Below, one piece after another: positions 8,997 through 19,515 of a DNA stretch of 64,000 nucleotides. Source of the DNA: Thermodesulfobacteriota bacterium (lineage in GTDB: Bacteria; Desulfobacterota; Desulfobacteria; Desulfobacterales; SURF-7); the NCBI GenBank assembly GCA_049320885.1, contig JBMORA010000009.1, positions 224,001 to 288,000 on the forward strand. Reading direction: 5' to 3'. A program made the translations under genes and the position numbers. The notes under the pieces are model-generated. The model had not been told where the DNA came from. It saw nothing but the letters and a program-made list of their open reading frames with translations, and ran no database searches. Every line of letters begins with the position of its first letter. Positions within the stretch are counted from its first letter, which is position 1.

Positions 8997-10103
8997 ATGA
9001 AAATCGGAGTGCCGAATGAGATCAAGATCAGGGAAAGACGTGTGGCGCTGACGCCTGCCGGTGCGTTTGCCCTCGCGGAAAAAGGCCATGAGGTGTTTGT
9101 GGAACGGAGTGCCGGCATCGGCTCCGGAATCATGGATGACGACTACAAACGCATGGGTGCGAGCATCCTGAATACCGCGGACGAAGTCTGGGGGGCGGCG
9201 GACATGATCATCAAGGTGAAGGAACCCATCGATCCGGAGTTCGACCGCATGAAACCCGGCCAGATATTGTTCACCTATCTCCATCTGGCGGCGGACGAGG
9301 CCCTGACCAGAAAACTGCTGGAACGCGACATCATCGGGATTGCCTATGAAACCATTCAGCTGAGTGACGGCAGTCTGCCCCTGTTGACCCCCATGAGCGA
9401 GGTCGCCGGCCGCCTGGCGGTGCAGGTGGGCTGTAATTGTCTGGAAACACGCAACGGCGGCAAGGGGCTGCTGTTGTCCGGCGTTCCGGGCGTGGGGCCT
9501 GCCAAGGTAACCATCCTGGGAGGCGGCATCGCCGGAGTCAACGCGGCTCAGCTGGCCATGGGCATGGGCGCCTATGTGACCATTCTGGATATCAACCTGA
9601 ACCGGCTGCGCCAGCTGGACCATTTGTTTCATTCCCATGTGGTCACCCTCATGTCCAATCCCACCAACATCGAGGATTGCATCGCTCAATCCGATTTGGT
9701 GATCGGCACGGTGTTGATTCCAGGCGCCCGGGCTCCCAAGCTGATAAAAAGGAGCTATCTGCAGAAGATGGAACCGGGTTCGGCCCTGGTGGATGTGGCC
9801 ATCGATCAGGGCGGCTGCGCCGAAACCAGCCGGCCCACCACCCACGATGACCCGATGTTCATTGTCGACAGCATCGTGCATTACTGCGTAACCAACATGC
9901 CCGGCCAGGTGCCCCGCACCTCCACCTTCGCCCTGACCAACGCCACCCTGCCCTATGCGTTGGCACTGGCCAATAAGGGGCTCAAAAAAGCCCTGCATTC
10001 CGACCCGGCCCTGGCCAAGGGACTGAACGTCTACAGGGGCAAGCTCACCCGGAAGGAAGTGTCGGAGGCGGTGAATATCCCGTTTGAGGAAGTAAAATTG
10101 TAA
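8997..10103 (+). CDS. ald: Alanine dehydrogenase
   Basis: [61 protein letters not shown]. Confidence 0.96.
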   Translation: MKIGVPNEIKIRERRVALTPAGAFALAEKGHEVFVERSAGIGSGIMDDDYKRMGASILNTADEVWGAADMIIKVKEPIDPEFDRMKPGQILFTYLHLAADEALTRKLLERDIIGIAYETIQLSDGSLPLLTPMSEVAGRLAVQVGCNCLETRNGGKGLLLSGVPGVGPAKVTILGGGIAGVNAAQLAMGMGAYVTILDINLNRLRQLDHLFHSHVVTLMSNPTNIEDCIAQSDLVIGTVLIPGARAPKLIKRSYLQKMEPGSALVDVAIDQGGCAETSRPTTHDDPMFIVDSIVHYCVTNMPGQVPRTSTFALTNATLPYALALANKGLKKALHSDPALAKGLNVYRGKLTRKEVSEAVNIPFEEVKL

Positions 10104-10966
10104 TGGTGCGAAGCGAAAAGCCTAAAGCGGAAAGCAGCCCGGATGAAGAGATTGCTCGAATGGAACAGGCCGGTTTCAATCCGGGAAAGCATGGCTTCGA
10201 TCAGATACCGATTCTTGCCGTCGGCCGCGGATGGATGGTGGCGGATAAACCCGCGGGTATGAGCATTCATAACGCGCCGGGAGAAGACCTTTGTTCGCTG
10301 GTTTCGGAAAAGGTTCGACAGCGGCCGGATATCGGCGAGCTGTTTGGCATCGACCCGCCGAACACAGGCTTCGGAGCGGATATCCATCCGGTTCACCGCC
10401 TGGACAGGGAAACCAGCGGTGTGGTGCTGCTTGCCGCTGATCGGGAGATTTTTCGTTTTTTTTCAAAACAGTTTACTAGTCGAACCGTGATAAAAACATA
10501 CGTTGCACTGGTGCACGGCCGTCTGGAGATGCCCGGAGGGGCGGATTCATGGGGAATTTGGGAATGGCCCCTTTCAAAAACAGCCGCGGGTCGCAGCAGG
10601 CCCCAGGGGGTCGGCCGCCGCCACCCCAGCAGTACCAGATATCGCGTTCTTGGCCACAGCGAGCATTATACCATGGTGTCACTGGAACTGCTCACCGGGC
10701 GCACCCACCAGATCCGGCGGCATGCAAAACTAGCAGGCCACCCGGTTGTCGGGGATGTGCGCTACGGCTCGGACCGGGCGGTGAATTTTCTCCGAAAGCA
10801 GCGAGGATTCGACCGGCTGGCCCTGCATGCCCGGGCGCTTTCCATACAGCTTCCGGGCAAAGATGATCAAACCACCATAGAGACAAGGACAATTCCGAAT
10901 CAGATGCGGATATTATTTGAAGAAGATTGGATTGGAAGGGAAGAGGCAACGAAGGAACAGCAGTAG
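10103..10966 (+). CDS. RluA family pseudouridine synthase
   Basis: DKPAG, catalytic [32 protein letters not shown]. Confidence 0.9.
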   Translation: MVRSEKPKAESSPDEEIARMEQAGFNPGKHGFDQIPILAVGRGWMVADKPAGMSIHNAPGEDLCSLVSEKVRQRPDIGELFGIDPPNTGFGADIHPVHRLDRETSGVVLLAADREIFRFFSKQFTSRTVIKTYVALVHGRLEMPGGADSWGIWEWPLSKTAAGRSRPQGVGRRHPSSTRYRVLGHSEHYTMVSLELLTGRTHQIRRHAKLAGHPVVGDVRYGSDRAVNFLRKQRGFDRLALHARALSIQLPGKDDQTTIETRTIPNQMRILFEEDWIGREEATKEQQ

Positions 10967-11256
10967 TCCGTGATTTTCTTCACTTTCAGCCCGAATGCTG
11001 ATTTCGCCGGGACTTCAAAGGACTCGCCGCCTTGAATCGTTTTCCATTCCACCTGTCCCGGCAGCAGCACATCCAGTTCTCCGGACATGATTTCCATGAT
11101 TTCCCTGGCGTCGGTAGTAAATTCATATTCTCCCGGAAGCATGATCCCAAGGGTCTTTCGGGAACCGTCCGGGAAAATAACGGAACGGCTGGCGACATTC
11201 CCATTAAAGTAGATATTGGCTTTCTTGACAACCGTGACGCCTTTAAATTCAGTCAT
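10900..11256 (-). CDS. ppnP: Pyrimidine/purine nucleoside phosphorylase (DUF1255)
   Basis: [31 protein letters not shown]...EIMEI..G...F.VPA.S.F...DYCCSF; start MTEFKG at 11256. Confidence 0.9.
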   Translation of the reverse strand: MTEFKGVTVVKKANIYFNGNVASRSVIFPDGSRKTLGIMLPGEYEFTTDAREIMEIMSGELDVLLPGQVEWKTIQGGESFEVPAKSAFGLKVKKITDYCCSFVASSLPIQSSSNNIRI

Positions 11257-12041
11257 GAGCTTCCTTCTAACCCGTCCTCCGATGACAACTGGTTGATTTT
11301 CTCCAAACAATTCCACAGTTCCAGTATTTCCGGCAGCAATTGCCATTCTTTCGGCATCGTCGCGTGGCGTTCGCCATTGTTGATGAAGCGGTAGAAATGG
11401 ACCGTACAGGCCCGATATTCCAGCCGGCCTTCCGCCCAGCGAGTATAATTCCCCGGGAAGATACCGGCCACTTTCCATCCCATTTGCTTAAACCAGATAT
11501 ATTGGGTGATGTTGTGCCAGGTTTCGCAGAAAACCGTGACATATTCGGCGCCGCTTTCCTTCAGCCAGTTATACATCAGGGCCATTTCGGACCAGATGCG
11601 AACCGACATCCTGCCTTTCCGGAAATCCGGATGGATAGCGACGAAACTCATTTCAATATGGAGATTTTTGTCCCACTTCGTCAGGATGGTGGCAAAGACG
11701 AGGCAATGTAGTCCCAAATCCTCCCCGACGATCATGATATGATCCTTTTCTGTAGCGTCTTTTTCCCAATTTTCCGGCAGCGCGAATCTGGATGGATATT
11801 CTTCTGGAAACAGGATCCATTCGTGGACCGATCCATACACTTCCGGATACGAAGCCCGCCATAATTCAGCCGCTGCGTCAATGTCGCCGCGGGTCAATAA
11901 CCGAAACCGGAAAGACTTGTCGGCAATGTCCACGTGACCGATATTCGGCCAAATAACTTTTTTGTCGGTGATTTCCCGCAACTCGCAAGACTTCCCCATT
12001 TCACGATAGGCGCTGTATTTTCCCATATCCAGTCTGTTCAC
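11253..12041 (-). CDS. Hypothetical protein, GNAT-like acyltransferase fold
   Basis: [28 protein letters not shown] (motif A-like), [12 protein letters not shown]. Confidence 0.55.
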   Translation of the reverse strand: MNRLDMGKYSAYREMGKSCELREITDKKVIWPNIGHVDIADKSFRFRLLTRGDIDAAAELWRASYPEVYGSVHEWILFPEEYPSRFALPENWEKDATEKDHIMIVGEDLGLHCLVFATILTKWDKNLHIEMSFVAIHPDFRKGRMSVRIWSEMALMYNWLKESGAEYVTVFCETWHNITQYIWFKQMGWKVAGIFPGNYTRWAEGRLEYRACTVHFYRFINNGERHATMPKEWQLLPEILELWNCLEKINQLSSEDGLEGSS

Positions 12042-12084
12042 TTGCGGTTTCCTTTTCCAAGGTTTTTAAAACCGTAAAAAGTCT

Positions 12085-13143
12085 TCAGTAGTAGCGCGGC
12101 GGATAGTAGGCCCCCCATTTGCTGCCGATGATTTTTTTATCGCAGGAGAGCTGCCGGTCCAGGCTTTCCAGATCCGTATAGGGGCCGCTCATGGAGTTGA
12201 TTCCAGTGTAGCTGGAAACAAGCAGGTAGCTGCCGTCATCCTGGATGACCCCAGCTCCGGTGTGAAGCCCGTCCCAGGGATCCTCATCCCATTTAACGCT
12301 GCGCATAAAGGTTTTGTAACCGGCTCGTCCCAGCATGTACTGCGTGAAATAGGCCGCATCCGTGCATTGGGCGGTTTTGGCAAAAAAGGTGAAATAGACG
12401 CCGCTGGAAGGCGTTTTACGGAAAAGAAAATATTTATTGATGTAATAACTGACGAGTTCTGGAGAATTCAGCCGGTCGGCGACCGTATGGAATTGCTTCC
12501 AGCGGGATTGCCGGATCGCTTTTTCTATGATATTCCAGTCATGGGTGTCAAACAACTCCTTGTTTTTCAGAAAATCATCCATGATATGACTTTGCAACTG
12601 TCGATCCGTGCTTCGTTTTATGCGTGACGCATACTCGGTTTTTCCCGCATCGGGGGGCATCCGTTGGATTATGTCATGGATGACGGAACTGATGATCAAT
12701 CCGGGTTCCCCATTCCAGGCGGCGTCCAGGATTTTTGTCAAGGAATAGGCCGGATCGTTTTTTGAAAAGCCGGTGTCAGACGATCCGGCAGAGGGTACGG
12801 GGAGGTTCCGGGGAAGGCAGCGACCGTTCGGTTCAACGGTTTTACTTACATTCAGACCGAGCAGCTTGCCGGAGGCCTCCAGTTTTTCATCCTGAAGCAG
12901 CCAAAAAAAGGCCTGCAGTGGCGAACAATACTCCCGAAAGGCAGGCAGGCCGACTGTCTGCATTTGATCGAGCATATGATCGAACCGGTCAGGGGATAGC
13001 TGATACATACGGAACAGATTGTCGAGCGCCTGACGCGTGGCATCCGATTCGAGATTCCGGAGCTCTGGGAGTTTGGCCAGTTCCTCCGCCAGGAGATGGT
13101 TCGATCGGTCTATCTGCATCAGGTTGTCGGCAATGGAATGCAT
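12085..13143 (-). CDS. Hypothetical protein with a C-terminal transglutaminase-like Cys/His motif
   Basis: AQCTDAAYFTQYMLGRAGY...LHTGAG; start uncertain. Confidence 0.5.
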   Translation of the reverse strand: MHSIADNLMQIDRSNHLLAEELAKLPELRNLESDATRQALDNLFRMYQLSPDRFDHMLDQMQTVGLPAFREYCSPLQAFFWLLQDEKLEASGKLLGLNVSKTVEPNGRCLPRNLPVPSAGSSDTGFSKNDPAYSLTKILDAAWNGEPGLIISSVIHDIIQRMPPDAGKTEYASRIKRSTDRQLQSHIMDDFLKNKELFDTHDWNIIEKAIRQSRWKQFHTVADRLNSPELVSYYINKYFLFRKTPSSGVYFTFFAKTAQCTDAAYFTQYMLGRAGYKTFMRSVKWDEDPWDGLHTGAGVIQDDGSYLLVSSYTGINSMSGPYTDLESLDRQLSCDKKIIGSKWGAYYPPRYY

Positions 13144-13263
13144 GCGGTTCCGTTTTTGAATTTTTGAAATTGATGCGAAAATTGACGGGAAAAAGTCTCC
13201 GCTGACTTCGTTGCCTTGATATAGACGCATATCGTCAAAAATACAATATGTGAAATGGTTCCG

Positions 13264-13992
13264 TCAATGCGGAGCACGGGTTAAGCGCAGAAAGACTTCC
13301 TCAAGATCGCCCGTTTCGTTTCCGGCGGTTTGCCTCAGCTCGTCCACCGTGCCGCCGGCGATGAGCCGGCCGCGGTGGATGATACCGATGCGGTGGCAGA
13401 TGTCTTCGGCGATTTTCAGGGTGTGGGTGGACATGAAAATGGTCTTTCCCGCCGCAGCCAGTTCGCGGAACAACTCCCGCACCATTTTGATGCCCTCGGG
13501 ATCGAGCCCCACCAGGGGCTCGTCCACCACAATGAGATCGGGATCGTGCAGCAGGGCCGCGGCCATGATCAGGCGCTGTTTCATGCCGTGGGAATAGGAT
13601 TCAATCAGTTCGTCGGCCCAGTCCAGGAGGGCGAACATTTGCAGATGAGTCTCGGCCCGGACGTGAAATTCGTCCTCCGGAACTCCGTAGAGGTCGGCGA
13701 TGAAGCGCAGGAATTCCATGCCGGTCAGTTTTTCATACAGAAACGGACGATCCGGGATGAAACCGATGCGCTGTTTGGCGGCCACCGGGTCACGGGCCAT
13801 GTTGAATCCGGCGATGACGACGTCGCCCTGGGTGGGCGCGATGAGACCGCCGATCATTTTGATGGTGGTGGTCTTGCCGGCGCCGTTGGGTCCGATGAAA
13901 CCAAATATTTCACCCCGGGGAACCATCAGATTCAGCCGGTCCACGGCGGTAAAGCCGCCGAATTTGCGTGTTAGATTTTTCAATTCGATCAT
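13264..13992 (-). CDS. ABC transporter ATP-binding protein
   Basis: Walker A GPNGAGKTT, signature YSHGMKQR, Walker B IVVDEP, H-loop STH. Confidence 0.95.
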   Translation of the reverse strand: MIELKNLTRKFGGFTAVDRLNLMVPRGEIFGFIGPNGAGKTTTIKMIGGLIAPTQGDVVIAGFNMARDPVAAKQRIGFIPDRPFLYEKLTGMEFLRFIADLYGVPEDEFHVRAETHLQMFALLDWADELIESYSHGMKQRLIMAAALLHDPDLIVVDEPLVGLDPEGIKMVRELFRELAAAGKTIFMSTHTLKIAEDICHRIGIIHRGRLIAGGTVDELRQTAGNETGDLEEVFLRLTRAPH

Positions 13993-14041
13993 GCCGGGGC
14001 ACCTCCTTCCCTAACGGCAGCAGGCTATCGCGCCGAGGGTT

Positions 14042-15517
14042 CTAATCCATGGCCTCCACGCGGATCGTCACCCGGCCGAGCAGGGAAATCAGCACGGCCT
14101 GGAGATTCTGCTCACCCGTGGCGAAACGCAGATGAGTTACATCCGCCGGGAATTGCCCGAACAGCGGATCCACCGTAATCCAGCGTCCGACATACACCCC
14201 ATTCCAGGCATGGTAATAAAATCGGTCGTTCAAATACACCAGGCCGGCTTCCACCCGCGCCGGGATACCGGCGGCCCTGGCCAGGGCCGCGAACAACACG
14301 GCGTGCTCGTTGCAATCCCCCACGCGGTTTTCAAGTGTTGCCAGGGCGTCCGGTATAGACAAGGCCGGTCTTTTCTCCACATGTTGCCTGATCCAGGAAA
14401 CGATCTTGCTGATGCGGATCAAAACCGCGTCCTCCGGAGACACGATTTCCCCGATCAATTTCCGGAAACGCGGATGATCCGACTGAATGAACAGCGAAGG
14501 GGAAAGAAGGGCACGTGCTTCTTCCGGCAGTGCTTCCTCCGGCAGCCGGTCGGGAATATCCCCGAGAAATTCCTTGCGGATCTGGAGCAGACCGTTTGAA
14601 TAGCTTTGCCGCCCATCCCCCAGGGTCTGGCCTTCCAGGTGAACGCCGCCGATACGGACGGAGAGGGTTTCAAGTCCCGCCGGGGCCTCGATATGGACAT
14701 TGGAGGGTACCGCGGCCGCCAGGGTCAGATCCCGGCCGCCTTCCCGGGGTATGTCGGACAAGGCGTCCTCCCGGCTGGTGTTTTCGAGGCGCAACCCCAA
14801 AAGGCCTTCTTCCCTCAGCACGTTTCCTTGGGCGTCGATCCAGGCGGTCTGGTTCGTTTCCCGGTATTGGAGGATCAGTTTCCGGGCGGTCACGATTTGA
14901 CCGCGGTGGGAAATGGTTTCTTCCGCCGCCACCTGAACCACCACCGGCTGCATAGCCATGGCGGTGGGGTCGAAAATGGAAAACCGGAGATGTTCACCTT
15001 CCCGGAGATTCCTGGCGGCAAGCCCGGGAATCAAGACTGCCGAGAGAGACGGTCGTTCCTGGATGGGGATGTCGACGGTGCGGCCGGGGTTGCCCGAATC
15101 CGTTGTGATGCGGATGGCCTGATCAACGATCCTGCCGGTCGCACTGAAACGGAAAGCGCCGGAGGCGATTCGAAAATCAAAGGCATCCAGGGTCATATCC
15201 GGCAACAGGCGGGCCGAGGTGCCCATTTCCAGATCCTGGGTCAGGCCCATGGTGTTGAGGCGCAGGAAGACGTTCTCCCGAAGGGAATAGCCGGTCTCCG
15301 TACGCTGAAACACCGAATGGGAATAGCCGATCCGGCGGTCGTTCTGGTACACGTTCATCCAGGTTTCTTTTTGGGCGGCATCGCCGGCAAGCGGGGCGTG
15401 GAGTGTCGAATCCGGCCGGTTTTCAAAAACACCCAGCCGCCACGCCAGCATCGCCAGAAAAACAAGCCCGAAAAAGACCCCGGCAATCAGGATATGTCTG
15501 AAGGACCGATCGGCCAT
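14042..15517 (-). CDS. Membrane-anchored transglutaminase-like domain protein
   Basis: N-terminal TM helix; GDCNEHA..FAALARAAGIPAR, YHAWN, WITVDP catalytic triad. Confidence 0.88.
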   Translation of the reverse strand: MADRSFRHILIAGVFFGLVFLAMLAWRLGVFENRPDSTLHAPLAGDAAQKETWMNVYQNDRRIGYSHSVFQRTETGYSLRENVFLRLNTMGLTQDLEMGTSARLLPDMTLDAFDFRIASGAFRFSATGRIVDQAIRITTDSGNPGRTVDIPIQERPSLSAVLIPGLAARNLREGEHLRFSIFDPTAMAMQPVVVQVAAEETISHRGQIVTARKLILQYRETNQTAWIDAQGNVLREEGLLGLRLENTSREDALSDIPREGGRDLTLAAAVPSNVHIEAPAGLETLSVRIGGVHLEGQTLGDGRQSYSNGLLQIRKEFLGDIPDRLPEEALPEEARALLSPSLFIQSDHPRFRKLIGEIVSPEDAVLIRISKIVSWIRQHVEKRPALSIPDALATLENRVGDCNEHAVLFAALARAAGIPARVEAGLVYLNDRFYYHAWNGVYVGRWITVDPLFGQFPADVTHLRFATGEQNLQAVLISLLGRVTIRVEAMD

Positions 15518-15551
15518 GGTTCCCCTGTCGCATACACGGTGTTGGAGGCTC

Positions 15552-17438
15552 CTATACGATCCGTTTGAACAGTTTTTCAAGAGACGGAAGCGACCATCGA
15601 ATCCAGATGGGACGGCCGTGGGGGCAGTGGGATGGATTTCCGCATTGTTCCAACTGCCGGATCAAGTGATCCATCTCCTTTTCACTCAGCCGCTGATGGG
15701 CCCGCAGCGCGCCGTGGCAGGCCATCAGGATGCGGCATTCATCCATGACAGCCTCCATTCCCCGGGAAAAACCCACATCCGCCACCCGGTCGATCATGGC
15801 AAGAATGAGGGGGCGCATTTCCCGGTCCGCGATCAGGGCCGGGGCGGACTTGACGGCGAAGGACCGGCCGCCGAACGGATCGATGGCCAGACCGTTTTGC
15901 TGCAAATCCGGCAGGAGCTGCTCCAGAATGGCCGCCTCCTTGTATCCCAGGTCGATGATTTCCGGCATGAGCAGCCGCTGAACAGCCGGCCGGGCGCTTT
16001 CGGCTCCGGCCTTCAACTGTTCGAAGAGGATCCGTTCATGGGCCGCATGCTGGTCCACCAGAATCACTCCCTCATCGGATTCGCAGATAATGTAGGTGTT
16101 GTGGGCCTGGCCGATCACGCGAAAGGAAACGGATTCCGGTTTTTCCCACAGGGTTTGCTGCGGTTTGACTGGAGCGGGTTCCCGCCGGGATGGATTTAAT
16201 GCCGGTGAAGGTTCGGGAAATTCGATACCGTTCCGGCCACCCCCATAGGATGGCAAGCGTTCGGAAACGGCTGGAGGACTGGAATCCGCGGCAGTACAAT
16301 GCGGAAAACCTTCGGGTTTCCCCGCCGGCAACGGGAATGCATTTTCGGCCCCGGTCCGGCAATCATGAACCGAAGCGGGTGAGGGGAAGCGCTTTCCGGA
16401 TTCAACCGACCCGGGGACCGGAGAGGGCTGCCGCTGCCAAGGCGGCCTGGCGGCCCTGGCCCAGACATCCGTCACCGCCTGTTTCAGCAGATCATAGACG
16501 GTCTGGTATCCAGAGAACCGCACTTCGTGTTTGGTGGGATGCACATTGACATCGAGCTGGTCGAAGGGTACCTCGATGAAGATCACGGCCACGGGGAAAC
16601 GGCCTTTCATCAGTCGGCCGCGATACCCTTCAAACAGGGCATGCTGGAGCCCGCGGTCGCGGATATAGCGGCCGTTGACATATACATATGTTTTTTGGGA
16701 GGAACTGCGGGTGAGTTCCGGAGAGGAAATCCAGCCCCTGACGGCGGCCGACGGCGTCTCGGCCCGGATGGCGTGGAGGTCATGACGGAGGTCATGCCCC
16801 AATACCGAAAGGACCCGTTCCAGGGGATCGGCGCTCAAGGGCCAGCTTTTCAACGGTCTTTCGTTGTGGATCAGACGAAAATGGATCCCGGGACATCCCA
16901 GGGCAATGGCGGCCACGGTTTCCGCCAGATGACCCATCTCCGTCTGGCCGGACTTGAGAAATTTCCGTCGGGCGGGTGTATTGTAAAACAGGTGACGAAC
17001 GGAAATCATGGTTCCCACCGGAGCGCCCACGGCGGTGACCTGTTTGATCCGGCCGCCTTCCACTTGAACGGCGGTGCCGGTTTCGGAGGCGGCGTCCCGG
17101 GTGATCATCTCAAGCCGCGAAACCGCCGCAATGCTGGGGAGGGCTTCGCCGCGGAATCCCAGCGTGCTGATGCGGAACAGATCCTGGTCGGTGCGGATTT
17201 TACTGGTGGCGTAGCGTTCCAGGGAAAGCAGGGCTTCGTCCCGGGACATGCCGACGCCGTTGTCCGCCACCCGGATCAGGGAGCGACCGCCGTTTTCGAT
17301 CTCGACGATGATTTTGGCGCTCTCCGCATCGATGGCGTTTTCGATCAGCTCCTTGGCTACCGAAGCCGGACGTTCCACGACTTCGCCCGCGGCGATCTTG
17401 TTGGTCAGGATTTCAGGGAGTATCTGTATTTTCGGCAC
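15552..17438 (-). CDS. mutL: DNA mismatch repair endonuclease MutL
   Basis: KIAAGEVVERPASV.KELIENAIDA, GFRGEAL, DVNVHPTK.EV, DQHAAHER, CPHGRP. Confidence 0.97.
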   Translation of the reverse strand: MPKIQILPEILTNKIAAGEVVERPASVAKELIENAIDAESAKIIVEIENGGRSLIRVADNGVGMSRDEALLSLERYATSKIRTDQDLFRISTLGFRGEALPSIAAVSRLEMITRDAASETGTAVQVEGGRIKQVTAVGAPVGTMISVRHLFYNTPARRKFLKSGQTEMGHLAETVAAIALGCPGIHFRLIHNERPLKSWPLSADPLERVLSVLGHDLRHDLHAIRAETPSAAVRGWISSPELTRSSSQKTYVYVNGRYIRDRGLQHALFEGYRGRLMKGRFPVAVIFIEVPFDQLDVNVHPTKHEVRFSGYQTVYDLLKQAVTDVWARAARPPWQRQPSPVPGSVESGKRFPSPASVHDCRTGAENAFPLPAGKPEGFPHCTAADSSPPAVSERLPSYGGGRNGIEFPEPSPALNPSRREPAPVKPQQTLWEKPESVSFRVIGQAHNTYIICESDEGVILVDQHAAHERILFEQLKAGAESARPAVQRLLMPEIIDLGYKEAAILEQLLPDLQQNGLAIDPFGGRSFAVKSAPALIADREMRPLILAMIDRVADVGFSRGMEAVMDECRILMACHGALRAHQRLSEKEMDHLIRQLEQCGNPSHCPHGRPIWIRWSLPSLEKLFKRIV

Positions 17439-17488
17439 GGCGTCCGATCATCCCATGAAGTTGGCAACCCCGGGGTCAGCAGTCCCGG

Positions 17489-17668
17489 TTACTGGTTTTT
17501 TTCCTGTAGCAGGCGCATCAAGGTCTCGGCTTCGGCCGGGGACAGGTCGAATTTCAGGCAGGCCTCTCCCACCAGTTCGCTGATTTTTCTGCCCGGCGCG
17601 TCCTGACGCATTTCGGAAATCCATTTCACCGCTTTGCGGATATCTTCTCCCTCGGGTATGATATTCAT
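17489..17668 (-). CDS. Small hypothetical protein (59 aa), missed by the ORF track
   Basis: MNIIPEGEDIRKAVKWISEMRQDAPGRKISELVGEACLKFDLSPAEAETLMRLLQEKNQ*; AAGGAG SD upstream; fills the gatA-mutL gap in operon orientation. Confidence 0.75.
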   Translation of the reverse strand: MNIIPEGEDIRKAVKWISEMRQDAPGRKISELVGEACLKFDLSPAEAETLMRLLQEKNQ

Positions 17669-17719
17669 GACAACTCCTTTTCAGCCCCTGGTTCAAGCCG
17701 TCCCCGGTTCATGGGGCGG

Positions 17720-19180
17720 TTACAACTTCGGCCGTTTTTTGTGGAAATCCGTCGCTTGTTCAAAATGATAAGCAGCCTTCAGCAAGGTCCCTTCATCAAA
17801 ATGCCGGCCCATGAACTGCAAACCGATGGGCAGGCCCTCCTGGGAAAAACCGCAGGGCACGGACAGGCCGGGGATGCCGGCCAGGTTGGCGGATATGGTA
17901 AATATGTCGGAAAGATACATTGTGAGTGGATCGTCGGTCTTTTCGCCGATGGCGAATGCCGGTGTCGGCGCCACCGGCGACAACAGCAGGTCACAGCTTT
18001 CAAAGGCCTTGCGGAAATCCTCCATGATAAGGGTCCGGACTTGGGAGGCCTTGCCGTAATAAGCATCGTAATATCCGGCGGAGAGGGCATAGGTGCCGAT
18101 AATAATCCGCCGTTGGACTTCCGGCCCGAAACCCGTTGACTTGGTGCGGCGGTACATGCGGATCAGGTCGTCGGCTTCCCGGCTGCGGAATCCGTACCGC
18201 ACGCCGTCGTAACGGGCGAGATTGGAACTGGCCTCGCAGGGTGCGATGACATAATACACCGCCACGGCATAACGGGTATGGGGCAGGGAAACCTCGACAC
18301 ATTCGGCGCCCAACTCCGTCATGGTTGCGACGGCCCGGTCGATGGCGGCCGCCACATCCGCATCCAGTCCCCGGGAGGGTCGATATTCCGCGGGGATGCC
18401 GATTTTCAGACCTTTCAGGCTTCCGCCCAGAAAAGCGGCATAGTCCGGAACGCTTTCCGGCACGGACGTGGAGTCCTGGGGATCGTATCCGCTGATGACA
18501 TTCATCAGCAGGGCGCAGTCCCGTGTATCCTTGGTCAGGGGACCGATCTGGTCCAGGGAGGAGGCAAAAGCCACCAGACCGAAACGGGAGACCCGGCCGT
18601 AGGTCGGTTTCATGCCCACGACGCCGCAGTGGGAGGCGGGCTGCCGGATGGAGCCCCCGGTGTCCGAGCCCAGTGATCCGAGACACATGTCCGCCGCCAC
18701 GGCAGCGGCTGAACCGCCGGAGGAGCCACCGGGAATCCGCTTTGGATTCCATGGATTTCGCGTCAGCTTGAAGCCGGAGTTCTCCGTGGAGGAACCCATG
18801 GCGAATTCATCCATATTGTTTTTCCCCACAAGGACGGCGCCGGCGGATTTCAGCTTCCGGATGACCGTGGCGTCATACGGCGGAACGAAATTTTCCAGGA
18901 TGCGGGAGGCGCAGGTGGTGCGCAACCCCTTGGTGCAGATCAGATCCTTGACGGACAAGGGGATGCCGGTAAGCGGTCCGCCCTGTCCGGCGGCCAGATC
19001 CTTGTCGGCCTGCTGCGCCTGTTGCAGGGCCTCCTCGGCGCAAACGGTCAGGAAGGCGCCGATTCCGGCTTCCACCGCCTCAATCCTTTCCAGCACGGCC
19101 CGGGTCAATTCCACGGCGGAAATATCGCGTTTCCGCAGCATTTCATGGGCCTGGTGGATGGTCAATGCATGCAGTTTCAT
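17720..19180 (-). CDS. gatA: Asp-tRNA(Asn)/Glu-tRNA(Gln) amidotransferase subunit A
   Basis: Amidase signature [42 protein letters not shown]. Confidence 0.97.
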   Translation of the reverse strand: MKLHALTIHQAHEMLRKRDISAVELTRAVLERIEAVEAGIGAFLTVCAEEALQQAQQADKDLAAGQGGPLTGIPLSVKDLICTKGLRTTCASRILENFVPPYDATVIRKLKSAGAVLVGKNNMDEFAMGSSTENSGFKLTRNPWNPKRIPGGSSGGSAAAVAADMCLGSLGSDTGGSIRQPASHCGVVGMKPTYGRVSRFGLVAFASSLDQIGPLTKDTRDCALLMNVISGYDPQDSTSVPESVPDYAAFLGGSLKGLKIGIPAEYRPSRGLDADVAAAIDRAVATMTELGAECVEVSLPHTRYAVAVYYVIAPCEASSNLARYDGVRYGFRSREADDLIRMYRRTKSTGFGPEVQRRIIIGTYALSAGYYDAYYGKASQVRTLIMEDFRKAFESCDLLLSPVAPTPAFAIGEKTDDPLTMYLSDIFTISANLAGIPGLSVPCGFSQEGLPIGLQFMGRHFDEGTLLKAAYHFEQATDFHKKRPKL

Positions 19181-19188
19181 AACTCTCC

Positions 19189-19476
19189 TTATCCGACGAC
19201 TTTGGGCACCACAAAAGCACCTTCTTCCTGTTCCGGTGCATTGGCAAGGGCCGTTTCCCGGTCCAGATGGTCCCGAACCACGTCATCCCGGAAAGCGTTG
19301 GTAAAGGGGATCGCGTGGGATGTACCCGCGATTCCGCCGGTATCGACCTCATTCAGTGTCGCTACATATTCCAGAATGTTTCCGATCTGATCGGCGAATT
19401 TTTCCAGCATTTCATCGGCGATGTCCAGTCTTGCCAGGTCCGCGACATGCCGGACTTCCTCCATTTTGATTTTCAT
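19189..19476 (-). CDS. gatC: Asp-tRNA(Asn)/Glu-tRNA(Gln) amidotransferase subunit C
   Basis: [12 protein letters not shown]...NAFRDD...ALANAPE....FVVPKV; precedes gatA. Confidence 0.95.
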   Translation of the reverse strand: MKIKMEEVRHVADLARLDIADEMLEKFADQIGNILEYVATLNEVDTGGIAGTSHAIPFTNAFRDDVVRDHLDRETALANAPEQEEGAFVVPKVVG

Positions 19477-19515
19477 ATGTTCCTCCGGGAGCAACACCAT
19501 GGGCCGCCCATGCGG

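Noticed and set aside
10900..10966. 67-bp convergent overlap of rluA and ppnP (also a 36-bp overlap at 37513-37548)
   Set aside because: Explained by non-conserved C-terminal extensions after stop-codon drift; no sign of function.
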